From NCBI GenBank assembly GCA_040285745.1, contig JAUFOR010000003.1, forward strand, positions 186,001 to 250,000: a DNA stretch of 64,000 bases. Reading direction: 5' to 3'. A program made the translations under genes and the position numbers. Of the stretch, positions 9,346 through 19,540 are shown piece after piece. This DNA comes from Barthelona sp. PCE. Lineage: Eukaryota. The notes under the pieces are model-generated. The model saw only the letters and a list, made by a program, of their open reading frames with translations. It was not told the DNA's origin and made no database searches. Positions within the stretch are counted from its first letter, which is position 1, and each line of letters opens with the position of its first letter.

Positions 9346-10344
9346 ATGCAAAATTGGGCCTACGACACGGACAAGGCAAGCAAATTTGAGGGGCAGGATC
9401 TTTTGAATTTGGACCTTGCAGAAATCTGCAATGACACCGAATTTCCAAAGCATATACTCGAAATACCAAGCGACATTGTAATGCAGGTGATGGAGTTCCC
9501 ACAAGACTTTGGAATTCCCACTAACGAACGTGGAAAATCAGCAAAACCTCGGGTCAATGGTACCTACGTACTCAAGCTCACAACAGGGACATCTACACAC
9601 AACGGACTTCTCTTTGTGTGCAATAGTTTCAAGAGATTGCAGCCTGGATGCAAGATCCTCCTTAAAAGAGGAACTCCTATTGCAAATGGGTTCTTTCTGA
9701 TGAAAGAACCTGAGAATTTTGAGGTTCTGGGCGGGCGTGTTGAGACACTGTGCATGGCGTATGATATGAAGATTCAGAAAAAGAAGATTTGGTACTCTGA
9801 TCGAAAGGATGATGAAAGGCCTGTTTTTCAATCTGTTTTACAGCAATTAGGTCGGACAAAGAAGTCCACTGGTGTTCTAACCGGTAAATTAAAGAGCAAA
9901 AATAAGAATAATCGTGACACTAGCAAAAACAAAAATGAAACTCAAAATCATGATGAAACTAGCAAGAGGAGGAAAGGAAAGAATAAGAATAAGAGGAAAA
10001 ACAACGACCCGAAAATGGAAATAGAACCACAAAATGAAGATCAGAAAGTGGAAAAAGCTAAAAATAAGAGAAATAGTGGAAATAAGAGGAGAAATAATAA
10101 CAACAAGAGGAAAAACAATAACCAACAGCAGATATCTGAACAGAATGAGCAGACACAACAACAAAATAGGCCTAATAAGAAGCCTAATAAGTCTAAAAAT
10201 GGAAAAGGTAACAAGAAGAATCAGAACAGACCAAAGCAAGACCCAAAATCTGAACAGAGTGAACAAAACGTCAAGTCTAATGCAAATAAGAATCGTCGAA
10301 ACCGTCGTAGAAACAACAAAAAAAGCAAATCTGAGACTCATTAA
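9346..10344 (+). CDS. RMI1-N/TDRD3-type OB-fold protein with K/N/R-rich low-complexity tail
   Basis: VLKLTTG...PGCKILL...IANGFFLM..ENFEVLGGRVETL resembles the RMI1/TDRD3 OB fold; C-terminal half basic, Asn/Lys-rich. Confidence 0.65.
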   Translation: MQNWAYDTDKASKFEGQDLLNLDLAEICNDTEFPKHILEIPSDIVMQVMEFPQDFGIPTNERGKSAKPRVNGTYVLKLTTGTSTHNGLLFVCNSFKRLQPGCKILLKRGTPIANGFFLMKEPENFEVLGGRVETLCMAYDMKIQKKKIWYSDRKDDERPVFQSVLQQLGRTKKSTGVLTGKLKSKNKNNRDTSKNKNETQNHDETSKRRKGKNKNKRKNNDPKMEIEPQNEDQKVEKAKNKRNSGNKRRNNNNKRKNNNQQQISEQNEQTQQQNRPNKKPNKSKNGKGNKKNQNRPKQDPKSEQSEQNVKSNANKNRRNRRRNNKKSKSETH

Positions 10345-10683
10345 CTCTTCATAAATTTTTTGATTTAATGTGATGTATGTTTGCAATAAATACCCTTAAA
10401 GAAGTTTATAAAGTAAATTGGATATTGGATGTTGAAAAACTTTTTTTACCTCTCTTTTAACAAAGTTAGGAAAATAGACTTTTTGATTGTTAGTAACAGT
10501 CCAAAAAACTTCCAAAAAAACAAAACAAAACACGAATCTTCGCATTAACACCGTTTGTTGATTTTTTCTATACACTTGATCAATCTACAAACATTTACGA
10601 TCATATTTCGCATCATTTATCCGAAAATACCCAAACATTGCATCAAATTTAAACTATAATAGTCCTTTTATTGAAAATACCAA

Positions 10684-12666
10684 ATGGATTTAATTGATTC
10701 TGAATTAAATTATATTATCCTGGAAGAACTGGGAAGAGGTAATCAAGGAGTAGTCTACAGAGCTGTTTCCAAAGATAAACCAGAGGGAGAAAATGAACCT
10801 CAAAAAGAAGTTGCTCTCAAAATTATCAATCTAAAGCGTGGTGAAGTCCCTAAATCTGTTGAGAACGAGATTGAGGCACTTTCCCAGCTCAACCATCCTA
10901 ATATCCTCAAGTTTTATCAGGCTTATGATTTGTCACATAAGGAAAACGGAACAGTTGTTCTGGCTTTTGAGTACGTCCCCAATGCGGCGCCTGTCATAGA
11001 CCATCACCTGAGCAACTTCTGCCTGTCTCCTGATAACATCAGATTGATCCTTCGTGACCTTATCAGCGCACTGTATCACTCTCATCAAGTTGGTTTTGCC
11101 CACCGTGATATTAAACCTGACAACATTCTTTATTCTACAGACGGAATTCTCAAGCTCATTGACTTTGGGCTGGCTGCTGAGACCGAAAAAATGGTGAATA
11201 ACATGGTTGGAGCTGCTGGTTCCCCTGCGTACATGTCTCCAGATCAGATCACCTACATCCGCGACAAGAGAAGAGGCCGTAAACCGCGTGCTCTAAACCC
11301 TGAGAAACTGGATATTTGGAGCGTCGGTGTCCTCATGTACACTATGTTATTCGGGAAATCTCCCTTCACACTCAACGACGTGTCATCTCTCTTTAGCGAA
11401 ATCCTAACAAAGCCGATTGACATCCCTAACAGCTTCTTCAACCACCCTGCCTGCAATCTACTCATTGGAATGCTGCGCCGTTCTTCTGAGAACCGTTTTG
11501 GTTTCGAGGAAATTTTGAATCACCCATGGCTCACCAACAACGGCACTGAACCTATTGACCAGTACGACCTCCTGGAGCTACCGGCCACTGCCAAGATCAT
11601 GCAGGCATGTACAGACATTGTTCTGATGACGCGTAACTCGTATGATTTGAAGTTCCCCAATTTCTCTTTGGACATGGATCACCGCATCGATTTCCACTCT
11701 GTATTTAACGTTGTTAACATCTGTCGCAATCTTCTAGACAATGTGCACACCAGCTTTTCTGCAATATCCACTGAAAAACTGAATTTTGAAGCTTTTTCCG
11801 GAAGATTCTTCCCACAAACAACTGCAATTTTACAGACTGTCCTTGATGCTCTTAACAACTCGCGTAAGGCTGCCTTGGCTGCTCTTTCTAAGGCAGAAAC
11901 GTTTATTACTCACTTCCAGGCAGAGTCAGAAGCACTGCTAACAGCTGTAGCGGATGATATCAGAGATACAGAGCACTCAGAAATCATTAAGATGTCGCAG
12001 GTTAAGCAGCTTTTAGATGATGATATTCTCCCAATTCTGGGTAAACGGGTTGATGAAATCATTGTAAGATCGAAAGTACCCACCAACTGGGTTTTCTTTG
12101 AGGCAAACCAGCTGTACAATAACATGGCAGATGTTGCCGTCGCAATTACCAATAACAGTTTGCTTACCGGATCCAAGACCGCCCTTATTACAGACCCAGA
12201 CGAGTTCAAGGCATATGAAGGCGCTGCGCATTACTTGCGAATGGATTTGGGCAGAAGAGCCCCACTAGATTTTGTTGTTATGCCACCCGTGATGCAGGAT
12301 GTCATGCGTGATTCTATTTGCAGCGCACGAAAATTTAGCACACCGGGTAGCACGATTGGTGTGAAAATGTTCAACTCCAAGCGCAATCTCCACTTGATCA
12401 TTGAGGATCTAGGTCAAGGATTTTCTTCCAATGAAGAATTTCAACGTATCATGCAAGGAGCTGGTGCAGGTGTTACATTTGCACGTTCCTTTGGTGGATC
12501 ATTTGGTTTCAAGAAGGCAGTTTTAACAACCCAGTTTTTTAATGGTACCTTTGAAGTCAAATCTGCTAAAGAAATTGGTTCACAGATTCATATATCTCTC
12601 CCTATGCCTCCGTCGGGTATCGAGAAGGTCAACAGCTATGTTAGAAGATGCAGATCTATGACTTAG
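10684..12666 (+). CDS. Ser/Thr protein kinase (CAMK-like) fused to histidine-kinase-like HATPase_c module
   Basis: GRGNQG, VALK, HRDIKPDN, DFG, GSPAYMSPD, DIWSVG; C-terminal QDVMRDSICSARKF / IEDLGQGF / GGSFGF / GSQIHISLP = GHKL N, G1, G2, G3 boxes. Confidence 0.85.
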   Translation: MDLIDSELNYIILEELGRGNQGVVYRAVSKDKPEGENEPQKEVALKIINLKRGEVPKSVENEIEALSQLNHPNILKFYQAYDLSHKENGTVVLAFEYVPNAAPVIDHHLSNFCLSPDNIRLILRDLISALYHSHQVGFAHRDIKPDNILYSTDGILKLIDFGLAAETEKMVNNMVGAAGSPAYMSPDQITYIRDKRRGRKPRALNPEKLDIWSVGVLMYTMLFGKSPFTLNDVSSLFSEILTKPIDIPNSFFNHPACNLLIGMLRRSSENRFGFEEILNHPWLTNNGTEPIDQYDLLELPATAKIMQACTDIVLMTRNSYDLKFPNFSLDMDHRIDFHSVFNVVNICRNLLDNVHTSFSAISTEKLNFEAFSGRFFPQTTAILQTVLDALNNSRKAALAALSKAETFITHFQAESEALLTAVADDIRDTEHSEIIKMSQVKQLLDDDILPILGKRVDEIIVRSKVPTNWVFFEANQLYNNMADVAVAITNNSLLTGSKTALITDPDEFKAYEGAAHYLRMDLGRRAPLDFVVMPPVMQDVMRDSICSARKFSTPGSTIGVKMFNSKRNLHLIIEDLGQGFSSNEEFQRIMQGAGAGVTFARSFGGSFGFKKAVLTTQFFNGTFEVKSAKEIGSQIHISLPMPPSGIEKVNSYVRRCRSMT

Positions 12667-12919
12667 TTGGTGGTGCTCTGGCTATGGGACCTGGTAGCAG
12701 GTAATACATAGAACTTTTTTTTTCCAGGCCAATATCCTTGAGAGTGACGCTGTTGTCGCCCAAGTATATCTTATTGTAAACAAATCGCACGTAATGCAAG
12801 GGAATGCATTCCTGCTCAGAAAAAATGTTCTTCAATTCTCCAACTGTCTTTTCATCATCAACAACCATGTGTATTATCTTCCCTGTGACCACTTTAATTG
12901 TTATGTTAATCAAAACCAT
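12656..12919 (-). CDS. Ubiquitin-like protein without C-terminal diglycine
   Basis: ITIKVVTGK...TVGELK...ECIP...RFVY...L.D...TLKDIGL beta-grasp pattern. Confidence 0.7.
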   Translation of the reverse strand: MVLINITIKVVTGKIIHMVVDDEKTVGELKNIFSEQECIPLHYVRFVYNKIYLGDNSVTLKDIGLEKKSSMYYLLPGPIARAPPTKS

Positions 12920-12961
12920 TTGATAAGGGAATGTTTTAAGAAATCAATACTCTTTCTTATT

Positions 12962-14530
12962 ATGCACAGTATTAGTGCACACACGGGTTCTAAAGAGCGG
13001 AAAATGCAGCACCGCAAGGGGTTCGAAGTCCATTTCCCTGAACAATTGCATGTTCTTACAGATTTTTGCAGTACTGATTTGCTAAAGGTACTGAATAGTG
13101 TTGCTCGCGTGTCTAGTATTATGGATCATAAGGACCAGGACACTAGAGTTATCGAGACTGAGCGTTTCCGTAGGGAAAACGGTAACGTTTCTGTGCATGA
13201 TTTTGTTGAGGATAAACGTGCTGAAATACGGGAAAAAACCGAGCATGCAGCGGCTTTACGCAACGAAATTATGCGCACAAGGTCAAAAATTGTGAAACCC
13301 TTTTTTAATCATTCAAAGTGTATAAATACACTTCAGGACACTTATTATACTCTGTTTGGACACTATAAAACAAATATTTACCGGATACTACACAAAATTA
13401 GCGGCAGTGCGTCTGTTATCTCAAGGGTTTCTGAACTAGAAAGTGAACAACGCAGTGAATATCGAAGGACAGCACATAAAATCGAAAATTTGGTATTGAC
13501 CAGGTGCATTGAGGAATGTAGAAACGATATTCTTTCTGTGAATTCCAAAGAGCTGCTCGACATTATCAAAAAAAAGTGCAATGAGGTTCTCACTAATGAT
13601 ATGCTTGAAGCTTGGATTGACGACGCAGGAATGTCCTCTCTGGTGATGCTCGTGCTAGGACATAGTGTTACAGAGCAGGAAAATAATCTGCGGGCGATAT
13701 TAACGAAATTGGAAAAAGATTTTGGAAATGTATCGGTTGAGAATGTACAGAAAGAAGAACGAAGAATTTACAGTGAACTTGCTGAATCCGTATTACTCGA
13801 GATTCAGGAAACAGACCCCCTCAATGACAAGTACGGGGGAAACAGGGAGCGTTTGTTTGAAGCTTTAGTGGATGACATAAAAATGAAGACGGACAGGGGG
13901 CGCGCTCTCGATGGCCAAAATAGCATGGAGCGCATGCTTAACGAAAAGAAGCACCAACTGCACAAGACAATGGAGGCTATCAGGAGTTGGATGAGCTATT
14001 ACCAAAAAGTGACGCCTGCTATCACTGAAGGTAGTGAAAGTGTGGAAATGCAGGCTAGACATATGGAAATGGCATGCAGCAACATAAAAGCTTTGTTTGA
14101 TGAGTACAGCGAGGATGTAGCCTCAATATTGGAAAACAACGCACTATTTGACGAGAGTTACCTGCACAACGTGTTGGAGTACCAGCCAATAACGGAAGAA
14201 CAATCTATGCAGAAGATTTTGCTGAATGAGGAGGCTGTGTGTGGCCGACTTGACGCAATAACCGTTATCAAGTGTATGCGAAAAATTGCTGGGAAAAGCT
14301 TGTCAAAGCAGGTTAAAAAGTATAATGATTTAACATTACCTACTGTTATTGATGTATCCGAAGATCTTGACGGTATTGATGATAACTTTACACATATCCG
14401 CCAGTATTTCAAGAGCTTCATTGATAGTTTTACGGAAAACAAAGAGAAAGTGGATGAAGTGGAGAAGTTGCGAAATGATTTTATTAAGAAGGAAGGTTTT
14501 CAACTTGTTAGGAATCTAAATACTGAGTAA
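12962..14530 (+). CDS. Coiled-coil protein of unknown function (weak resemblance to augmin subunit HAUS5)
   Basis: Long helical ORF; ATG 12962 preferred because the upstream extension overlaps the UBL gene. Confidence 0.5.
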   Translation: MHSISAHTGSKERKMQHRKGFEVHFPEQLHVLTDFCSTDLLKVLNSVARVSSIMDHKDQDTRVIETERFRRENGNVSVHDFVEDKRAEIREKTEHAAALRNEIMRTRSKIVKPFFNHSKCINTLQDTYYTLFGHYKTNIYRILHKISGSASVISRVSELESEQRSEYRRTAHKIENLVLTRCIEECRNDILSVNSKELLDIIKKKCNEVLTNDMLEAWIDDAGMSSLVMLVLGHSVTEQENNLRAILTKLEKDFGNVSVENVQKEERRIYSELAESVLLEIQETDPLNDKYGGNRERLFEALVDDIKMKTDRGRALDGQNSMERMLNEKKHQLHKTMEAIRSWMSYYQKVTPAITEGSESVEMQARHMEMACSNIKALFDEYSEDVASILENNALFDESYLHNVLEYQPITEEQSMQKILLNEEAVCGRLDAITVIKCMRKIAGKSLSKQVKKYNDLTLPTVIDVSEDLDGIDDNFTHIRQYFKSFIDSFTENKEKVDEVEKLRNDFIKKEGFQLVRNLNTE

Positions 14531-14749
14531 TAAACCGAGTTTCATGTCATTATAAGGTGGTTAATTTTGTAATTTTGATCATAATTGAAATAAAACAATA
14601 ATTGTTTGTGTTTACATTGATGATATTTAAAATATCATAAATAGAGAGCTATGTCGCTCATGCGCTGCTGCTGTGTGGGTGCAGCAGTAATCTATTGCAG
14701 GAAAAACTGCTGACATGCTCTCTAAAAGCTGACATAAATGCTCAACCAT

Positions 14750-15205
14750 TTAGTAGGCCTGGGAAGCCTTAGCCTTACCCTTGGCCTTACCCTTACCCTT
14801 GGCGGCAACACCCTTAGCCTTAGCGGCGGCCTTACCCTTGCCCTTGGCGGAACGAGTACGACGAGTGCCCTTCTTGGGGAGGAGCTCGGGGTGGATGAAA
14901 GGAACAACACCTGCAGAAGGGAAGGTGACGTTGCTGATGAGCTGAGCGAGCTCAGTATCGGACTTCATACCGAGAAGCAAGTGACGGGGAGTGATACGTT
15001 GACGGTTCTTCTCCATGGTGATGGTACCAGCGGCATCGAGGACCTCAGCGATCAAGTAATCGAGGACGGCGGCGAGGTAGACGGGAGCACCGGCACCAAT
15101 ACGATCGGCGTACTTACCCTGCTTAAGGTATCTGTGGATACGACCAACAGAGAGTGAAACACCGGCTCTGACGGAACGGCTGACGGGCTTGGTTCTTTCG
15201 GACAT
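14750..15205 (-). CDS. H2AX: Histone H2A, H2A.X-type (C-terminal SQAY)
   Basis: SRSVRAG...VGRIHRYLK.GKYA.RIGAGAPVYLAAVL...RITPRHL...LLPKK; ends ASQAY; ATG at 15205. Confidence 0.93.
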   Translation of the reverse strand: MSERTKPVSRSVRAGVSLSVGRIHRYLKQGKYADRIGAGAPVYLAAVLDYLIAEVLDAAGTITMEKNRQRITPRHLLLGMKSDTELAQLISNVTFPSAGVVPFIHPELLPKKGTRRTRSAKGKGKAAAKAKGVAAKGKGKAKGKAKASQAY

Positions 15206-17036
15206 TGTTGTTATGTAGTGAAGTAGTAAATGAGTAACTATGGTAAAAAAAGAATCCTCTAACAACCCTCATTTAAGCAATACTTCGCATCCTACATTTC
15301 ATAAATTACCCACATTTCTGGGTGCTCAGAATTCGGTTCAGTGCGTTTACTAAAAGAAAAACATTCTGAAAATAAATAATATCCGAGAAAACTTTTTTGA
15401 AGGTGTGCATGAGCATATATGCTAAAACTATGTGACTTCACCCTCGTTTATTCCTCATAATTTCGCCATAACATGAAACGATAGACGCTATTCTCTGGAA
15501 TACAAGACATTTTCCAGAAATGGTATTTGCAACTTTGCAATTTATAAATATACTCTTTTTAGTTCTGTTACCTGAACTATTATGTAGGTAACGCCCCGTT
15601 TAAATAAAAACACTGTGAATAATACACTATTTGGTGGGAGAAAGTTTGCCTGAAAACAAGCAGTGTTATTCAATTATCCAAAAACGACTTCATGTATGAT
15701 TTGCACGGTTTTAGCTGGTCCTCTTTGTAATTATTATGCGATTGTTGATGGTTCATCATGAATGAACGTAAATCAAAAACAATATAATCATGCTTCTATG
15801 TCGTATTATCAATACTATTTATGCTATGATAAGTACAGACATCTACAGAACCTTCACAGACAAAAATTATAGTTACTTATCCAAAAAATTATGCAACAGG
15901 AAAACAAAAAGTACTCCAAAAATGTCTTTATTATTCGATAAATATATCTGCCGTCGCGTTAATTTATCTATTTTTCATTGTCCCAAAGACTTAAAAATCC
16001 AAATATAAAGAAATTGATGCTTTTTGAAGCATCAATTTTCACCTCTTTAATATTATTTTCATGGTTTTAACTCTAATACTTTACTTTAATTAGACCATAA
16101 TAAGGTACTTTCCTCTAATATTAGACCACAAATTATAAAAGAAAAAAAATATATAGTGAGTCTCAATTTTTGTTTCTTTTAACATGCTAAATTCTATACA
16201 CATATAATGATTTTCACCTTTGCCTTTACGTTTTTTGATTAGCCTAATAAATTGATTTATCAACAAATAAACAAATTATAGGATACTTATCGTGATAAAT
16301 TATTACAATATTGGAACTCTAATACACTCTCTGTAAAAATTATGCATTATAAAACACTTAAGCCTTACAAAATTAAAATCTCATTGTATTTAGTAATTAT
16401 ATATATTATGCTCAGTTTATAAGGATTCAAACTATACATTATGTAAGAGGCAACTGATTAAGTAGGGTAAATAGTGATTTACAAGTACCTGCAAATTGAT
16501 GCAGTTTTTTGTAACAATTAGTAGCAACAATAAATCATAAATAGCCTATGCTATTAAATATTAGCATATATGTGATGAAAAGACGGGCTAAAAGTGATAA
16601 TCTATTCACTTTAGAATAATAAAAATTGTTAGTTCACGATCCTTCACAAATAATTCAGTTTTAATTCGCTTATTCTCTTTCATATTCTTATTCGTTTGGT
16701 TGAGTGACAGAAAATATTAGGAGATATCTCAATTCAGCATCAGAAGGACATTGTAAGGATAGACGAGCAATGAATGAACAAAGCAGGTTATTAAGAAAAT
16801 CATCATCAGTTGGATTAAGGTTGTTATTCGTGGCTGAAAGTTTGATTGTATTGTTCGTCGTCTTCGACGACTATCATGTGGAGCTTTTTTTCCTTTTGTG
16901 TTTTCTTCTTGTTTTTAGATATGTTACGGATATTTTTTATTATTGAGTAGAACGACAAAACAATTACAAGACGTTTTAGTTATAGTTTAGCCAGGAAAGA
17001 AAAAACTTTTCCTTTATTTATTTTTGAAATGAATCA

Positions 17037-19109
17037 TTACAACTGGGTAATGGGCCGTTCCCAATCAGAAAAGCTTTGAAAATAAGGATCCAAACGTAAA
17101 ACACTCCTCATGACTTCTTCATATGAAAAATCTTCCAAGTCATCCATATGCTCACAACGGTTCATAATTGTTGCGTGAAGCTGCTTTCTTATATCTACCT
17201 CATCATATGTTTGTTCAAAAGGACTTATATTCGGATAATCGTGTAGAAAAAGGGTTAAAACCTCTGCAAACTTATCAACGCTACTGTTAATAAATTCATG
17301 ACCATATGTGTTGACCACCTCCCGCATGACTTGCGAATCTCTTTCGCTAAATGCTGTGAAAATGTCAAACTTTTTCGAACGCCTACTTACTTTCTTTTTT
17401 GGTTGCTTATCAATGCCTTCATCTTCGCTATCGCTTGCCATGCGCTTTCCCCATCTCTTCTGTATTAGATCGCTATAGTTTGTCACGTACCTGTCTCTCA
17501 TGAAACCACGACCTAGTGTGATTACTGATGTGGGATTTTCTGACTCGTTGTAACGTTCTGCATATCTCACATAAGCATTAAACTTGCTCACAGATTCACT
17601 TTCCTCTTGGAAAGTACTCGAACGATTTAGGATGTCTTCGACTTTGCTCGATGTGGACTTGAATCCGAGGCGAATCAGTTCGTTAGCGATAACACGGAGC
17701 TCCTTTGATTTGTTGACACCTGCCATACAGGCCTTTGTAAAATATTGATGGAAGGGATATATGATTGAGACCATGGCACGCCGAATGTTTTGGTTATCTG
17801 TCAGCATTGTGTCCGCCACTGCGTAATCAACTTCGGCAAACTTCTTTTGCATAAACTCACGGCCTTTCGTCACATAATGGTTAGGATTTTCACTAACGTC
17901 AAAATCTTTTGAGTATTGAATGTGACGCTTTGATCGCTGGTTACTCATTACTGTCGACAATACTTTGGGCGAAACATCCATACCAATTTCTTTCAATCCA
18001 TCCATAATGATTGTGAAGATACTGCCATACATAACACCTGTTTGTTTTCTATATTCTCTTATTGCATCATGAAATGGGTACACTATGGCAGCCAAGTTTA
18101 ACTTGTCGGACTCAAACTCTATGTTAGTAATACAAATTTTCATCAATTCATCTATATCATATTGCATCTGCATATAGATTTCATCAGGCTTGGATTTCTG
18201 AACAATCTCTTCAACAAGCAGTATGAGTTGAGTTTGTTTGTCTGTTGTATGCTCAGCTTCTTTTGCCAAATGGTAAGAATGTAGAATGTCATATGTTTGT
18301 TTAAGTTTGGACTCGCTGACAGAGCTGGTGCTGAGTATTTTCTTTGTGTTCAACTCATCAATGACTGACAATCTTACCTCCTCTCTTTCTAAGACTTTGT
18401 AATGCTCGTAAAAAAGGCGTATCCAAAGTGATACGTGTTTGATATTCATTTGCATATCCTTCACGATAGCAGGTACGACTTTTGACATGCACGTGACACG
18501 GAAGTAGATTTTGTGCTCTAAATCGAGGTAATTAGTAAGATCATAGTAGTCATAGTTGCTAAAATTCAAATAATCACGTTCAACAACAGTAGGATATTTA
18601 GGACGCGTCTCTGGATTGACTACCTTCATTATATCATGAATTAACTTGATAAATTCCTCTTTTGCACACAGTATATCCAAACCCATTATTTCTGCTGATG
18701 ATTGCACGTTATCGTTGATGAAATCGTACATAGAGCTTGCAAATCCCTCAGTATCGATGGAAATTGATTCAAAATATGTCTTAACAAAGGCACAAATGCA
18801 TCTTGTATCATCCAGTGACACAAACTTATGCTCGGGTTCTTTTGCAACCCCAGGGACCGCTTTGACAATCTCATTGATATCCTCCTCACCCGCTTGAGGT
18901 TCTAAATCCAAGAAGTGATCTAGACCATATGCAAAAATTATATGTTTTCTGGTTCCTGGTACTATATACCTCCAATTGTAGTCAGCAACCAACACACTGA
19001 ACTCTGATTTAAGATTTTTAGGAGGTAGATCTAAGGATATCATCTCAAAAAGATATGAGGATTCCGAATCTTCAAAATATTCACGTTTTAAAGCCCCAAA
19101 ATATGTCAT
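17037..19109 (-). CDS. Hypothetical protein with an internally duplicated ~105-aa module
   Basis: 690-aa ORF; two copies of I.YPFH...L..(I/L)G...SENP....T.GR.FM. Confidence 0.6.
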   Translation of the reverse strand: MTYFGALKREYFEDSESSYLFEMISLDLPPKNLKSEFSVLVADYNWRYIVPGTRKHIIFAYGLDHFLDLEPQAGEEDINEIVKAVPGVAKEPEHKFVSLDDTRCICAFVKTYFESISIDTEGFASSMYDFINDNVQSSAEIMGLDILCAKEEFIKLIHDIMKVVNPETRPKYPTVVERDYLNFSNYDYYDLTNYLDLEHKIYFRVTCMSKVVPAIVKDMQMNIKHVSLWIRLFYEHYKVLEREEVRLSVIDELNTKKILSTSSVSESKLKQTYDILHSYHLAKEAEHTTDKQTQLILLVEEIVQKSKPDEIYMQMQYDIDELMKICITNIEFESDKLNLAAIVYPFHDAIREYRKQTGVMYGSIFTIIMDGLKEIGMDVSPKVLSTVMSNQRSKRHIQYSKDFDVSENPNHYVTKGREFMQKKFAEVDYAVADTMLTDNQNIRRAMVSIIYPFHQYFTKACMAGVNKSKELRVIANELIRLGFKSTSSKVEDILNRSSTFQEESESVSKFNAYVRYAERYNESENPTSVITLGRGFMRDRYVTNYSDLIQKRWGKRMASDSEDEGIDKQPKKKVSRRSKKFDIFTAFSERDSQVMREVVNTYGHEFINSSVDKFAEVLTLFLHDYPNISPFEQTYDEVDIRKQLHATIMNRCEHMDDLEDFSYEEVMRSVLRLDPYFQSFSDWERPITQL

Positions 19110-19540
19110 GTGATTATTCAGACATTCTTTCTGAATTAACTAATATGAAAAGGACTGAATTCAGAATACAGTTGGCATAGTGTTGAATATCACTTCAAAT
19201 GGATTTGGACGTCTCCTTTTTGCGGATTGGAGTTGGTCAACAGTACAACATAAATAGTACCTCACATTCGTTTTAACAAGTAGGTGATAGAAAAATTTTA
19301 ATTATTTGGTGCATGAATATGATGTAAAGCCTTTAAAATACAGTTGAATAACCCTGTAAAATAGGAAATACAGGTGTATCACACTTTTTTAAAATGCAGG
19401 TTTTTCCTGTCAATTTTTATTTAATATTTGAAAGCTCTAACTGACCAAAAACACACGGATAAGTTGATAAACATAAGATACAAGATACATATTGTGCAAA
19501 AAGCATGCTTTACATTCTATTCCCATCTCAATATCAAATA

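Noticed and set aside
9889-10386. 165-aa hydrophobic ORF on the minus strand
   Set aside because: Antisense shadow of the A-rich Lys/Asn tail of the TDRD3-like gene
12794-12961. N-terminal extensions in the ORF track (here and at 6209, 8569, 15265, 28143, 50878, 54812, 56607)
   Set aside because: Mostly non-ATG starts running through T-rich promoter tracts or neighbouring genes; the first well-placed ATG was used instead
14738-15157. 139-aa ORF antisense to H2A
   Set aside because: Typical antisense open frame produced by strong codon bias
19131-19169. Possible 39-nt minus-strand intron GTATTC..TTCAG adding MPT-KECLNNH to the 690-aa ORF
   Set aside because: Frame-compatible, but there is no homology support and the donor differs from the Lsm14 intron; needs RNA-seq
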